DNA from: Octopus sinensis
Lineage: Eukaryota
Length of the DNA stretch: 64,000 bases
Assembly: GCF_006345805.1 (NCBI RefSeq)
Contig: NC_042997.1
Coordinates: 37,634,001-37,698,000, forward strand
Reading direction: 5' to 3'
Below the pieces are notes generated by a model. That model was not told the DNA's origin. It did not search any database and was given only the letters and a program-made list of their open reading frames with translations. How positions within the stretch are numbered: position 1 is the first letter of the stretch; each line of letters starts with the position of its first letter. The translations under genes were made by a program, and so were the position numbers. This document shows, piece by piece, positions 37,184 to 53,589 of this stretch.

Positions 37184-37855
37184 GAGTTCGAGAGTGTATG
37201 TTTGTGTATGTGTGTGCATTTAGTTGTGTGTGTGAAGAATGTATATAATTATTTATTGGATAATGTAGGAAGATAGATACACTTATATTTACTAATTTCC
37301 GCAGCTGGACCATATTTAATTAATATGTTTTTGAAATAAGACATTTTATTTTCATTTAATGAATAATTAATAAACGTATTTTCCCCTTTTCTTTATCCTA
37401 TAGTTAATTTATTTCATATGTTGCTACATATGTTAGAGAGATAATGTGAGTTTTGTCACGCAATTGTGGCTATAGATTTTTATTTAAGTTTTGACGTAAA
37501 TAATGTGCATTCGGTTTTCAAACTTTTCCAACTTAGAAGACTTTAGCTATACACATATATACATGCATATGTGTGTGCGTGCGTGTGTGATGTAATTATG
37601 ATTACAAAACTATACCTTGAATACTGTGTTGATTGAAATTTGCATAGGCAGATATCTAGAATGTCATTGTAGGTACATGATTTAAGTCAACCGATATGAC
37701 AGGGACACAATTCGTAACGTCAATACGGTTTAATGTTTAACATTTGTATACGGTTTAGAGCAGATGCTGCGTTCGAATTCTGCAAAGACGTTATAGATTT
37801 GTACGCTTTATTATATATCATAAAGATATTGTATGAACTCACGCACAAATATATA

Positions 37856-38251
37856 TCTTTATATATAAAAGTGAGGTTGTGTGCTGTCTGTCTCCTACGA
37901 TTTAGATTCCTAACTACTCCCACATTTTGCTGTGCAGTGTAACCAACAGCGGATATCTTATAGTCGTAATTCATATCGAGCCCTTCTGGGTATTAGCGGG
38001 CGTCTACGATGAGTCTACGATTTAAAAAAAAAATTACCATCATTTTTCCCACTTTTAATGCATTTTTTTGCTATTATATAAGGGAAGTAACTCTCTAAAA
38101 ATGTATTATTAAATCCCAGAACGTAAAAAGCTACAGTAACACCCCCTTTGTGGTTAGCCATATTGAGATGGCTATTATACTCTACATCTCTAAAAATGCT
38201 TATATAGTTATTTCCCTTACAAACCCGAGCAACGTAGGGCGATACTGCTAG
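37856..38251 (+). mobile_element. Non-autonomous Helitron
   Basis: A|TC 5' end, subterminal hairpin CCCGAGCAACGTAGGG, CTAG|T 3' end, no TSD. Confidence 0.82.
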
Positions 38252-38510
38252 TATATATATACATATATATATATATATGAAAAATGCTATCACATAACAA
38301 ATTTTGTTCTAGATAAACTTTGTGGTAATATTCTGAATCTTATTGATGATAATGTTGTTATTAAGAATGAGATCCCAGTTGTGTGTGTGTTTGTGTAATT
38401 TAAAGGTCACCAACACTCATGACTACCGCAAACACTAAAAGATAAAAATGCCCGGGGTGGCCAATTGTCACAGCCCCATACACGTGTCTATGTAAATACA
38501 TATATGCATG

Positions 38511-38545
<35 letters not shown>

Positions 38546-39219
38546 GTGTGTGTATGTGTCCTGTGTCTGTGTGTGTGTGTATGCGTGCCAATGTAGGTAT
38601 GTCTGTATACATAGAGTAGAGACAGAAGCTACCCCAACTCACTAAATCATGATGTTTATCGGAGAAAGATTTTTTTTTTCATTTTTAGTGGCTTTTTTTC
38701 AACATACTAACCTCCATAGTGTACCTGAACCCACTCCACTTTATTATCTTTCGCTGAAAATTCGATACTATTTGTTTTGTGATCAGAGTTATAAATTTTG
38801 CTCAAATAATTCAGCGCATTTTGTATGTGATATATTGAAAAATGATTTCATCTGATTGTGTTTTTTACTCGTTCATTTCTTTCTCTTTTCTGTTTATTAG
38901 ATATGTCTTCCTTTCTTTGAAGGTACATACACGTACCTAACCGCATCCCTAGGCTAATTGCACTTTTAATTAGATAAAGTCCAACATTGAAAACTATTGG
39001 GAAATAGATATCGATGAATTACTCCCTAAAATGTGAACAACTGTTATCAATATGGAAAATCAGACAAGCAGTACAATTTAACCGTATTAGATATGAAACA
39101 ATGAATAATATAGTCACGAGTGTGATTGATAAAGAGCAATGTTAAGTGAAGAAAACATCTGGGAGACGAGAGTAAGTTCCTGAGAGATCAAAGGTGATCT
39201 TAAAGAGAAAGATATTAAA

Positions 39220-39732
39220 CTAGCAGTATCGCCCGGCGTTGCTCGGGTTTGTAAGGGAAATAACTATATAAGCATTTTTAGAGAGTTACTTCCCTTATAG
39301 ATGCCAATTCGGGCTTTCTTAGCCATTTCTGTTTTGGTGTCTTCAAGACATGAAGTCGTTGTTCTAAAAGAACGCTGGTCTCCTTGACAACGCTTTACGA
39401 CGTTGATTTCCTTACACTCCCTTCCCCACAGCTTCACGAGGGAGGGAAGAAGGGGGAGAAGCAAACAGGTGTAGGTGTGACCATGGACTCCAACTCCGCC
39501 GCCATCGACACACGAAAAATTATGCATTAAAATGGAATAAAAAATTATGTTAAATTATTTTTAAAATCGTAGACTCATCGTAGACGCGCGCTAATAGCCA
39601 GAGGGGCTCGATATGAATCACGACTATAAGATACCCGAATTTGGTTAAATTGCACCGCAAAATGTGGGAGTAGTAAGGAATCTAAATCGAAGGGGACAGA
39701 CACTCACACAACTACAGTTTTATATATATAGA
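39220..39732 (-). mobile_element. Non-autonomous Helitron, same family
   Basis: Minus strand A|TCTATATATATAAAA ... CCCGAGCAACGCCGGGCGATACTGCTAG|T; ends shared with 37856-38251. Confidence 0.85.
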
Positions 39733-40774
39733 TATCGACGTGCAACTGATAGGGAGATAGCGAATTATATGGATAAGTGAAAATATAGAGGAAAAACAAT
39801 TTTGTATGACTCTGGATTTCGACGAAGGTTTTCCAAAACGAAATCCAATTGATTCAAAGAAAGATGTAACGAAAACGCAAAAGTAGGCTACAGAGCTGTG
39901 CGAGAAATTAGACAATTTTTTCGCCAACAATATTGTCTGACAACGCAAATACTGTCAATTTTACCATTCAATGATAATTTATGTATGATGCAACAAAACC
40001 AAAATATGGGTACCTGTTTGCAGAAATTGTGAAAATGGAAGTGTTGGAGTGATCGTGGAAATGAATTACAAGTGATAGACCCATTAGACATTTTTTTTTG
40101 CTCAAAATCAGTTGAATGGATGAAAATTCTGTTTAATAGTTGGAATTACTCTATTACTCTTCTAATTTTACCTATGAGCTGATAAGAAGCTGAGTCTGTT
40201 TTCAAGAATTCGTGCCTTATGTAACACAAGCTTGAAAAGCATCTCTTAGATTCTAATCGCGGAAATGAGTTGATGAAATCCTACGTTTTAATCCATTAGA
40301 ACTTATACGAGGACATCTTGATTGAAGGTGGCATACAAATTGTCAAATTTTGCGTCAAGTACAGAGCAGAAAAAAGCTCTAACTGAGAAATGCACACACA
40401 TTAAGGAATGTTTTTGTGATCATTTAATTGAACCCATGCCCAATAGACTGAGAAGACGTGATATTAACTTAAGGAAGACGAACGAAATACTGAGACAAAA
40501 CCTCGTTAATTTTGGCTGTTTTCAAGACGTTTACGAGGTAAATAAACACTGCGTTTTATTACACTAGCTATAATCTTATTGTAGTCCATTATATGTCAAT
40601 AATATTAATACGCTAACCTTTTTTTTGTTTTTGTATTACCTGTTGTGTGCGTCACACTTACTTCAAAGAAGTAGCAAAGTGAGAGAGAAGAGGACAGAGA
40701 GGAAGTATGAGAGAAAGAGAGAAAGAGTGAGAAAGTGAGGGAGTGAGACAGAAAGAGAAAGATTGAAAGAGACA

Positions 40775-41015
40775 GTGAGTGGTGACTGAGTTCTTTTATG
40801 TTTTTAAATGTTTCAAACAGAAAGTAAGAGAGAAAGAGAGTGAGAGAGAGAGAGAGTAGAAGAGATAATGAGTGGTGGCGGAGTTCGTTTTGTGTTTTTA
40901 AATGTTTCAGATAGGACGTAAGAGAAAGGAAGAGAGTAAGAGATTGAGAAAAGGGAAGAGTGAAAGAGACAGTGCGTGGTGACGGTGTTCGTTTTGTGTT
41001 TTTAAATGATTATCA
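40775..41015 (+). repeat. Three-copy ~100-bp minisatellite
   Basis: GAGTGGTGAC..AGTTC.TTTT.TGTTTTTAAATG recurs near 40778, 40870 and 40975, separated by GA-rich spacers. Confidence 0.7.
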
Positions 41016-41391
41016 CAAGAGAAGTAGATACATAGATACATATACATATTGTTAAATCAAAAGCGGGAGACAAGAGGGACAAGTGAAAGAGACAGTTCAT
41101 ACATAGATACACAGCTGTCAATTTCACTTTTCATTACCACACGAGGATAAACTTAACTCACAAATGGCGGTGTACTCCACTAACATGCATAACATTAAAG
41201 TAGTTCTCAGGGAGATTCAGCCTCACACAGAATATGACAAGGCTTGCTCCTTTGAATTACAGCTACAACTTGAGATATTTATATATGAATGTATTTGTGT
41301 GTGTAGTATAGGTTAGTTAAAACATGTTTGCAATAATAAGTATCGCGTGGTGGAAATAAACGCAATTCCCAAACTTTCATTCGTAAATCCA

Positions 41392-41780
41392 TATTTCTTT
41401 ACTACCCACAAGGGGCTAAACACAGAGGGAACAAACAAGGACAGACAAACGGATTAAGTCGATTATATCGACCCTAGTGAGTAACTGGTATTTATTTAAT
41501 CGACCCCGAAAGGATGAAAGGCAAAGTCGACCCCGGTAGAATTTGAACTCAGAACGTAGCGGCAGACAAAATACCTATTTCTTTACTACCTACAAAGGGG
41601 TAAGCACAGAGGGAACAAACAAGGACAGACAAACGGATTAAGTCGATTATATCGACCCCAGTGCGTAAAGGATGAAAGGCAAAGTCGACCTCGGTGCAAT
41701 TTGAATTCAGAACGTAGCGGCAGACGAAATACTGCTAAGCCTTTCGCCCGGCGTGCTAACATTTCTGCCAGCTCGCCGCC
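41392..41780 (-). mobile_element. Tandem dimer of SINE family A
   Basis: Two tails (TATTTCTTTACTACC at 41392 and ~41576); one complete head at 41780. Confidence 0.88.
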
Positions 41781-42042
41781 TTTGATTCAGTCGTTAGATT
41801 GCGGGCATAATGGAGTACAACGTTTAAGATTTTCAGTCAATGAAATCGGCCACGATATGTATTTATATTTTTGTTTAAACCTGGTACTTATTCAATCGCT
41901 CTTTTTTGCCAAACCGCTAAGTTACAGAGACATAAGCAAATCAACGCCGTTTGTCAGGCGGTGGTGAACAACATAATCACAAAAGCTCAAACACGTCAAT
42001 ACACACACACGCATACAAACACACACACATCTCTCCCTCTCC

Positions 42043-42073
<31 letters not shown>

Positions 42074-42123
42074 CATATTTATACATATATATATGTATAT
42101 ATATATATGTATATATTATATAT

Positions 42124-42164
<41 letters not shown>

Positions 42165-42166
<2 letters not shown>

Positions 42167-42312
42167 CACGGCGGGATTTTTCGTTTTCCGTCTACCAAAT
42201 CCATGAACGAGGATTTGGTCGGCTCGAGGCTGCAGTAGAAAACACTTGCCCGAGATGCCACGCAGTACGACTGAAAATTTGTTTCGGAATCAAACTTCTT
42301 ACCACGTAGTCA
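42165..42312 (-). mobile_element. SINE family B, 5' half
   Basis: Reverse complement of GGATTTGGTAGACGGAAA plus the tRNA-like head. Confidence 0.7.
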
Positions 42313-45300
42313 GTGGAAAACCTATGTGTGTGTGTGTGATGTTATGTATGTGTATGCGTGTCTGCGTGTGAGTGTGTGTGTGTGTGTGTGTATGTGTGTG
42401 TCTGTACATTTTTGTTTGGTATACGGGGTTTCTGTATATACCGTAGATTGCGTCTTTACCAAATGAGTTTTGACAAAATTGCGCCACCATTAACGAGTTG
42501 TGCCAATATTGGAACAATCGTTAACTTACCTCTTAGTGAGTCATTGTTATTCGGTTTAGATTCTTCAAAGAATTGATCTTGTTTCAATATTCACTTCAGT
42601 TTTAACTTTCATTTGGTATATTCACTTTTCCTAATGATGTTCCAGGTACTATTTTACCAATGTGGGTAACTAAGATTCGTGGCTTAATTCTATTAAGATC
42701 CGTAATGTGCATTTCATCGTAGATTTACAACAGTTAACACCTAGATATTGGAACCGTGATATATTTCTAGCACTCAAATTTGTGTTAGTACATATTAACG
42801 ATAGTAATATTTTAACGATAACATTGATAGCACTTGCGATAGGTGCAACGGTTGTTTTTATTGATAATTTTAATAGAGTTAGTCAGCTGATGCCATTAGT
42901 GATAGTGAGAGTGGTAATAAAACTGGTATATGCGCTATTAAGATTGGAGATGGAAATAATTCCAGTGTTATGTATTAGTAGTGATGACTTTCATTATAGC
43001 ACGGCTGCCGATAGTATTTACTATGCCACTTTACTGAAAAGAATATATATTAACTTGCCTATTGACCTTTCATCTTTTCATATTTTATCCTCCATTTTCT
43101 TTTGTTTAGCAAAATGGAGATTTCTATTTGGTTAACCAACCCCCACATGTAGTTATCAACAACCTTCCAAACAGAAAGTTGATCTTTTATCAGAAAACGT
43201 TTAGGAAAAAATATCTAAATGAGCTAAAAATACATCAATATTTTTACTTTATCACAAGTAGTACGCCTCTAACAATCACCATGCAGAAAGCAGAAACGAT
43301 TATTGTAATTTTTTTTTTTCATTGTGCGTTATTGAAAATTTGTAAACAAAGGTGATTTGTATCAAACACCGTTTTTGATCAATGAATAATCACTGATGAA
43401 ATACGTAAAAAGAAATGGAATTTAATGATGAATTCCCTGACAATTAAATAACAGTATATTAGTTTATTGATTTAATTTATTGGTATTTACCCAACATTTC
43501 CATTTTTATTTTTGCTGTAAATTGATCTAAAGTAAAACTTTTATAAGTTTTCCTTTTGTGTTGAACATTTTATATTTTATTGATATTGTGTGCGATGCAG
43601 AATATATATAATATGACTACAGCTAGCTTCAATAGCAATAATAGTCTGACTAAAAAGAATGTTTTCGCGATAAATCCGTTCACAAATACGTGACTAGGAA
43701 AGCGCACACAAACGTCATGTTGAGAATAGAAATTGAAAATGGGAATAGAATTTCGTTTTTAATGTAGATCTCACCGGACAACTGATATTTCTCGATATAT
43801 ACATTTTTTCTTTTTTACCTTTTTTTTTGCTGTACCAACGTATCCAACATGACTAATTCTTCTCATGCTACAATCGTTTATGTATCAATTCGATGTTTAT
43901 TTAAATATCCCCTTTTTTTTTCCTTTGTGCGATTCAGTACATTATTCATTTAAAATATCAGAGGTGGTAGAAGTGATAGACACCTGCATGCAAGAAATTA
44001 ACTTTTGATTTATTAATGGACTTTCCGTTCGTGTGTTATGATTTTCGATAATGATGTTTGCATATTTTGTAAGAGTTTATAAAATAGGTGGATGAAAAAA
44101 TATTATGTTACTAAGAAGTGCCGGAAAAAATCAAGTACTTCTTAGGGAATAGGCACCAGAACTGTTTTTCCCTTTCTAATGTGTAAACAATGTTCACTCT
44201 TTCTCATAAATATAAAAGATACATACATACTATCATAAACTTCATGTTTGAAAGCGTGGACTATAAATTTGTATTTAAAATGCATGAATATTTTAATTAT
44301 CTCACGGTGACTTAATTGCTATATACCTTCCAAATACCAACGGAAGATGATTAGTTTGTTTAGGTGTGTGGCAGAAGATAGTGTAATACAGTATGAAAGT
44401 GTGTGCAGGTTTCGTGTAGTGCAGCGTACTGGGGTAACAGGTAGCAGTATGGACAGTACTGAACGAGAGAGCGAGAGACAGAGAAAGATAAAAACAGACA
44501 GAGACAGAAGGAGGGCGATCGAAAGAGAGAGAAAGAAAGTAAAAAAAAAGAGGAAACATGTTTATAAGTGATGGAAGAACCAAAGAATGTAAGAGCGCAC
44601 TACTTGTAAAATGGTAGATAAGAATGAATCAGAAAATGGTAGAGATGAAAGACTGGCTTGTTAGGAGAGGAGAAGGATAAAAATGATGTAAACAAAAGAA
44701 CTGGATAGCATAAAAGCAAGGATTATATGGGGTGTCAAAGAAATTTTAATTGATCGTTGATTTCTGGGTACAAAAGTCGAAGTATGAAGTTCAAACGAGC
44801 TAAAGAAGATGCGTGTACGAATGACAATATACTGGAATGTTGACGATGCATGAAAAGAGCTTGCTAGCTACTATATCATCGTCCATCTATAGATGTTCTC
44901 GAAAAGGATCAACTGGTCTTCGTCTTGTTGCAAACCCATGTATGAATGAATTCCGTTCGCATCTATTGTAATTGAAAGAACAAGTGAATTAATCAGCGAC
45001 TTAGAAACTGGACGACGACCGTGCAGAGTCTTAATAGTCTGGAGGAAGATAAAAAATATAAAACTTTCACTTTTATGTTAATAACTATGGAACACTTGGT
45101 GGGAATAATATCTACATGGACTTCAATGTCTAGGATGCTATTTAGGTAGATAATTTGATAATTTAGGAGTTAGTTATAGGTTTACATATTGAATTTATTC
45201 ACCAATACTGTTTTTGTACATTGAGTAAATGTATTTATTTCTTGTAATTTAACTGATAATGTTAGTGTTTAATCCTTCCTAGAATTAAGATTGAATGAAT

Positions 45301-45527
45301 GTGGTGATATATATAAGGTATGTTTGTTCCCAAACAACACTTATTTTAGTGTTGTTGACACCGCCGTATTCAATGGTACTGCCCAGGTGTCGAAGCCATA
45401 ATGATATTCGCGTGGCAGCTGATGATGGAGGCATGCTGGATTGTTGGTATGGCTTTGTTGTATGTACGGAATAGTTTTGTAAGACGCCTATTTGATATAT
45501 ATATATATGTATATATATATGTATGTG

Positions 45528-47424
<1,897 letters not shown>

Positions 47425-49028
47425 CACTGGCGAAAATAAATTTAAAACTGATGATAAAGTTCTATTTCTTACAAAAAAATTTGTTACTAACACCATACAA
47501 ATTATTTTTATTTTTACACCTTATGTAGAATTTATTTCTCTTTCAAATGCTGCAGACAATAACTATTTTTATACAACTTGAAGAATTGTAATGCTAAACT
47601 AATATAAACGTTTCACATTTACCAGCAAAATTAGTTTAAAACCGTATCATTATAATTTTATTTAAAGCTTAAAATTGTAGCAAAAATGAGCAACAAAAAC
47701 GAAACACATATTAGTACTTAATAACGGCTGAACAACGCCTCGGCATTGAATTCACTAAGTGATTACAAAATTCTATGGCAATGTTTTGCCATATTTCATT
47801 GATATAATCGAATAATTGTTTTAGAGTAGATGGTTTTTTTAGCATGGACTTTTTTTGGAAACATAATTCCACAAGTTCTCGATCGGATTCAGTTCTGAGT
47901 TCTGGGGAGGCCATTCGATTATGTCAATATTATGGTGATCAAAAAATGTCATAACCTTTCTGGCTTTGTGCAAAGGACTATTGTTCTGCTGATAAATAAC
48001 CCCCGAAGCTATTTGGTGAGACACAAATGGCACAACATTATCCTTTATTAGATTCATGTAACCTATACTATTTAGCTTTCCCTCAACTTTAACTAGAGGA
48101 CCAACACCAAAACTACTAAATGCCGGGCACACAATCACACCCCCAGCCCATGCTTGCGACGTCATTTTTATGCATTTCGGATGGAATTCCTCGGTTGGGC
48201 GACGTCTGACATATGTTTTACCATCTGATCCAAATATACAGAAGCATGACTCAGCACTCCAAAGGACCCTGCACCAATCTTCAGCAGTCCATTGAGGATG
48301 GCTTTTTGTGAAATTAAGGCGCTTGAGTCGATTTCTTTCGGATATTATTGGATTTTTCCTAGAGATTCATCCATGTATTCCAAATTCTCTCAAACGGTTG
48401 CATACGGTTTGTGGTGCAAAAATAACACCATTCTCGTTAGACAATTGTTTACAAATGTCAACGGCTGTCAGCATTCGGTTGCCTTCCGAAGGTCGGTGGA
48501 TTCGGCAGTCCAACAGCACCGTCGTTTTTCTTGGGGCGCCAGTCCTTTGCTGATCTTTATAATGACCAGGCTCCGACTTCCACGCTTGCACACAAGCCGT
48601 TTTACTACACATTATTTGCTTGCTGATGTCCGAAAAGGAAACTTTTTGCTGGTGGAGTAATACGATTTTTGCTCTCATGACTGCACTGAGACTACGTACT
48701 TTTCCCATTATTAATCAATTGTATAATAACGTTAACTTATAACACTATATAGTGCATTTAGGCTAGTTGTGTGACCACCCATTTTCACAAAATAATTTGC
48801 ATACATATTACATGGTCTTAAACTAATTTTGCCGGTAAATTTGAGACGTATATATTAATTTAGCATTACAATTCTTCAAGTCGTATTAAAATAGTTATTG
48901 TCTGCATCATTCGAAAGAGAAATAAAATCTGCATAGGTTGTAAGAAAAACATTGTATGATGTTAGTAAGAAAATAATTTGTAAAAAATAGAACTTTTATC
49001 ATCGATCTCAAACTTATTTTCGCCAGTG
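47425..49028 (-). mobile_element. Tc1-family DNA transposon, full length, transposase pseudogene (47711-48708)
   Basis: ~200-bp imperfect TIRs starting CACTGGCGAAAATAA; HTH region TGAPRKTT...TVCNRL; catalytic region QQNNSPLH...WPPQNSELNPIENLW; C-terminal LVNSMPRRCSAVIK; frameshifts. Confidence 0.9.
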
Positions 49029-49044
49029 TGTGTATATATACATA

Positions 49045-49082
<38 letters not shown>

Positions 49083-49117
49083 TATATATATATTATATAT
49101 ATATTACATATATATAT

Positions 49118-49290
49118 AAAGTTAATCCAAACATGAAATCACAAAGAGAAAACACAACAACACGAGGACGTAGAACAAATATAGTATTATTGGACGCTAC
49201 GTTTCGAGCAGAAACATAGGAAAAGGAAAGATCCACAGAAAGGAAGACGGAGGAAAAAATCGGCAACGATACACACGCGGTCGCATATAT
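49118..49290. mobile_element. Penelope-type terminal repeat fragment
   Basis: TATTATTGGACGCTACGTTTCGAGC resembles the 45626-45790 repeat; lies next to (TA)n. Confidence 0.4.
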
Positions 49291-52200
49291 ATTTATTTAT
49301 TTATATATATATGTTTATTATACATATATACAGACAGGAGAAAATCTGGTAGACGATATAAGATGAGTGCAGGAAGCAGAGAAGGAAACGTTAATCAAAA
49401 AGTTATTTTGTCAGATTGCGATTGCATCTAAGAAAGAATTGTGGAGAGAGACAGAATCGTGGAGAGAGACAGACAGAGTCAGACAGATAGTACGTATGCT
49501 CAGTGCCTCATGATCGACTCCAGATACATCAACCGCTGGTGTGGGTGACTTTCAGAAAAAACTGAAGCGTTTTAGTAGACTTAGCCCCAGTGTTAGACAT
49601 TCAGCTGCAACGTTGGGGATTGCGGAGTGGTATTGCAAGAAGGTGATAACTAATTTAGTATTGAACTAAAACATTTCCATTCCCATTGACTACCCGCACA
49701 TGCCTGCACTCGTCTTTTGCTTTTCCCACACAGTGCCACTCATTCCCACTTCGATCCCTTTCCATCCCATCCTATTCCAATCGCACAAAATAACCTGCAT
49801 GGAATTCTTCACCCGCTTCTGTAGCTGAAACTTTTACATGTTCCTCAAACGTGTTTGACCTGAATAGCCGTCAACACGGTACGCGTATGATGCCGATGTT
49901 TTGGCCGTATTTGTTCTATCCTTAATATATCAACGCAAACGAATCCCTAAAACACGTTCCACGTAACTTCAGATTATGGTCATTTCCATTACGGTTTCTC
50001 AGTTTAGGTACAGCCGCATCGCGACGGTACCCAACCCAGCTGTCTTTTGCAAGAACAAAGAGTTATAATTCGTTCCACAGATGGCATACCTCATGAACGA
50101 ATTATCAACTGGCTTATCTCTGGCACTGCCACACTTTCTCCCCTAGTTTCACACAACTGGAACCTAAAACCACCCAGTACATCATGTTATCATAACGTCG
50201 GTTTGGGTAGCTTTCCATCACATACTCATGCGTCTCTTCTGTTAACTCACTTTACTTTTCTCCAATTACTCTCATTTCTTTCTGTATCACGATCGCATAC
50301 ACCTTTGCACACACTATCCACCACGGCTGACACTGATGATTATACCCTTCTTTCAGATATGACGCATATACATATCTACTTATGTCTACATCTAAATGTT
50401 TTCCCTTCTCAATAACACATATAACCTGTTTCTTTCTAACTTCCAAGTTTTTCAGTTTTCCTCCTGTTTGTTCACAAAAATTTGAACATTAGAAATGTGG
50501 AAAGGAAATATTTATCATCAATGTTTCATTGGTTTTCGTAGCTTTTTATTTATCACAATTTTCAATATTTCATAATCTAATGAATTAATGAATTTATTGA
50601 GCGCCTAATATAGTGTTATTTCACGTGATAAAGCATTTATCATTTTGATTGCGCGTTCGTGTTTACGAGTTAACATTCCACCACCGTATCGTGAAATCGA
50701 CCTTAAGTTAGAGAGAATATAAACACCATTAAAGCGTACCACGGAAAACAAGTTTCTCATTAAACCCGCTATGAAATATTTCATTGGTCAACCGGTAAAG
50801 GTTAATATTTTAATTAGCATCAAATTATTTTCATTGATCTCATTAATGATAGTTCACATAAAGTTATTTTGATTATATTTGAAGAAGTATAGATATGCCC
50901 GCTCTCTCTCTCTTTCATTATACCAGCTCATTATCTTCTTATGTACTTACTTTTGCTATATTTTGAAATATTTTGCTAATTTCTAAATTAATTAAGCATG
51001 AATAATTAATATGAATTTGCATGTGGCATTTGGTCAAATGTAATAAATCAATTTATTGATGCGACGTTTCATAAATAACTGATAACGCATTTATAAAAAT
51101 TGGTTGGCGTTCTAGATTACTTTAAGATTCAATAAATATTGTGTGGATTTTGTATAAAGCTATGGAAACCTACTTCATTCAAGAAATATGTCAGAATATA
51201 CAATTTAAATCAGAGATTATTAGTCCATTAAGGCTTCTTTTTCACATATGCCTTTCATTTGTTTCTAGTGAAATATATCATCACTTCAAATAAGTATTAA
51301 GAAATGTTTTGAGGAGCCTGATTTTGTTTAATCCACATTACGACTGTTTACAAATATGTGGACATTTTGTGTGAACGACTTTAATATCCCCATTTTTTTT
51401 AGTTTAACTAATGTACTGTTAAAACTATGTTGAATTTACTCTTCAAGTAAAATATTATTTAGCTCCTGCAAGAAAACTAGTTTTAGGGCGTTTCGCAGCA
51501 ATGTATCAAAACCCAATGTAAAACATGTACAACGTTAAAAGTCCCGTATACCCCTGTATAGCCCTGCATAACCTTGTACAATCCTGTATAGCTGTGTACA
51601 CTTTTAACAAACACAGGGTTGTATTGGATCTAATAAAAATTTAGAATTCCTATTATAGAAATAATGATACTTTAATGACTCAGATTTTGAACATCATCCT
51701 TTGCTTTTTTTTTATTAAACCGTGTACTTGTAAATGATATAAGAATGGAGGTGTTATAATCGAAGTATGTTGTCGCTCAAAACAAATTTCCAGCTTTTGA
51801 TATTCTTGCTTCAAATGTAAAAGTATATAATTTTATAGAATAGATAGGGTATATACCTATTTGACTATATTGTATACGCATGAACTGACACCTCCAGCCA
51901 GATTCAAAATAAAGGGAATATCTGAAGGTTGTAAAGGACTGAAAATTTGTTAATTTGTTAGTAAACAAAACTCTTCTAATTACTCTTAGTCACAATTTAA
52001 AAACATCTAAATTTTGTTTTGTTCCTGCATAAAGTAGTGAAAGCGGGTAGCAGAATATTGGTCAATTAGAATTCATATAAACGGGTAGCTAATTATTAAT
52101 CAATTTAATTAAAACTAGAATTCATTTATAAGATGCAACAAATCATTTGACGTATAATTTTATTAATCACATCTGGGAAAATGTATCGACAATGAAATAT

Positions 52201-52604
52201 AATATTGAAAACATTTTCCGGTATTTAAATTACCTATCGTTCCCGTTATTGTGCTTTTTATATAAGTAATCCAATTTTGACGTTTCAAATACGTGGTTTT
52301 GGCAGTTACTGGTTCCATACAACTTCTTCGTCAATCTATTGATATCATATGTAACCACATGTTCAGAAAGTCGGACAACAGAACAGATGACAATGTCAGC
52401 ACAACTAATTAAACGAGAAGTTGTTTTGACAATAGAAATTTATAACGGTTCGACAGGAACTTATTTAAGAATCAAGTGTGGAAACTAAAAACTTGAGAAT
52501 ATAAAGATACAACGCATCCACCAGCTTAACGCCAAAATAATTGCACATATAGCACACAAATAGTGCACTAATAGTACACAAACCCACACTTCCCCACGGA
52601 CACA

Positions 52605-53572
52605 CACTGGCGAAAATAAAAGTTCTATTTCTTACAAAATATTTTGTTACTAACACCATACAAATTACTTTATATCTTTTACACCCTATGCAGAATTTAT
52701 TTCTCTTTTGAATGATGCAGACAATAACTATTTTTATACGACTTGAAGAATTCTAATACTAAATAAACATAAACGTCTCAAATTTACCGGCAAAATTAGT
52801 TTAAGACCATGTAATATGTATGAAAATATTGTTGTCAAAATGGGTGGTCACACAACAAGCCTAACTGCACTATATACTGTTATAATTTAACGTTATTATA
52901 CAATTGATTAATAATATGAAATCAATGTAGCCTCAGTGCAGTCACGAGAGCAAAAATCGTATTACTCCGCCAGCAAAAAGTTTCCTTTTCGGACAACAGC
53001 AAAAAAATAAAGTGTAGTAAAACGGCTTGCGTGCAAGCGTGGAAGTCGGAGCCTGGTCATTATAAAGATCAGCGAAGGACTGGCGCCTCAAGAACAGCGA
53101 CGGTGCTGTTGGACTGCCGAATCCACCGACCTTCGGAAGGCGACCGAATACTGACAGCCGTTGACATTTGTAAACAATTGTCCAACGGGAATGGTGTTAT
53201 TTTACACCACAAACCGTATGCAGCTGTTTGAGAGAATTTGGACCACGTTGTTGAATCGCTTGGAAAAAGCCAATAATATCCGAAAGAAATCGACTCAAAC
53301 GTCTTAATTTCACAAAAAGCCATGCTGCCGAAGATTGGTGCTGGGTCCCTTGGATTGATGAGTCACGCTTCTGTATATTTGGATCAGATGGTAAAATATA
53401 CGTGAGACGTCGCCCAACCGAGGAGTTCCATCCGAAATGCGTGAAAAAGACGGCGCAAGCAGGGGCTGGAGGTGTGATGGTGTGAGCGGCATTTAGTAGC
53501 TTTGGTGTTGGCCCTCTAGTTAAAGTTGATGGAAAGCTAAATAGTGTCGGTTATATGAATCTCGTCAAACAC
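52605..53572 (+). mobile_element. Tc1-family transposon, 5' half
   Basis: Same TIR and transposase N-terminus as 47425-49028 (QAWKSEPGHYKDQ.RTGA); ends near NSVGYMNL. Confidence 0.88.
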
Positions 53573-53589
53573 TATATAAAAACCAAATT

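Noticed and set aside
39740-40600. Purine-rich stretch with short ORFs, possibly an old transposase or helicase
   Set aside because: No diagnostic motif could be aligned.
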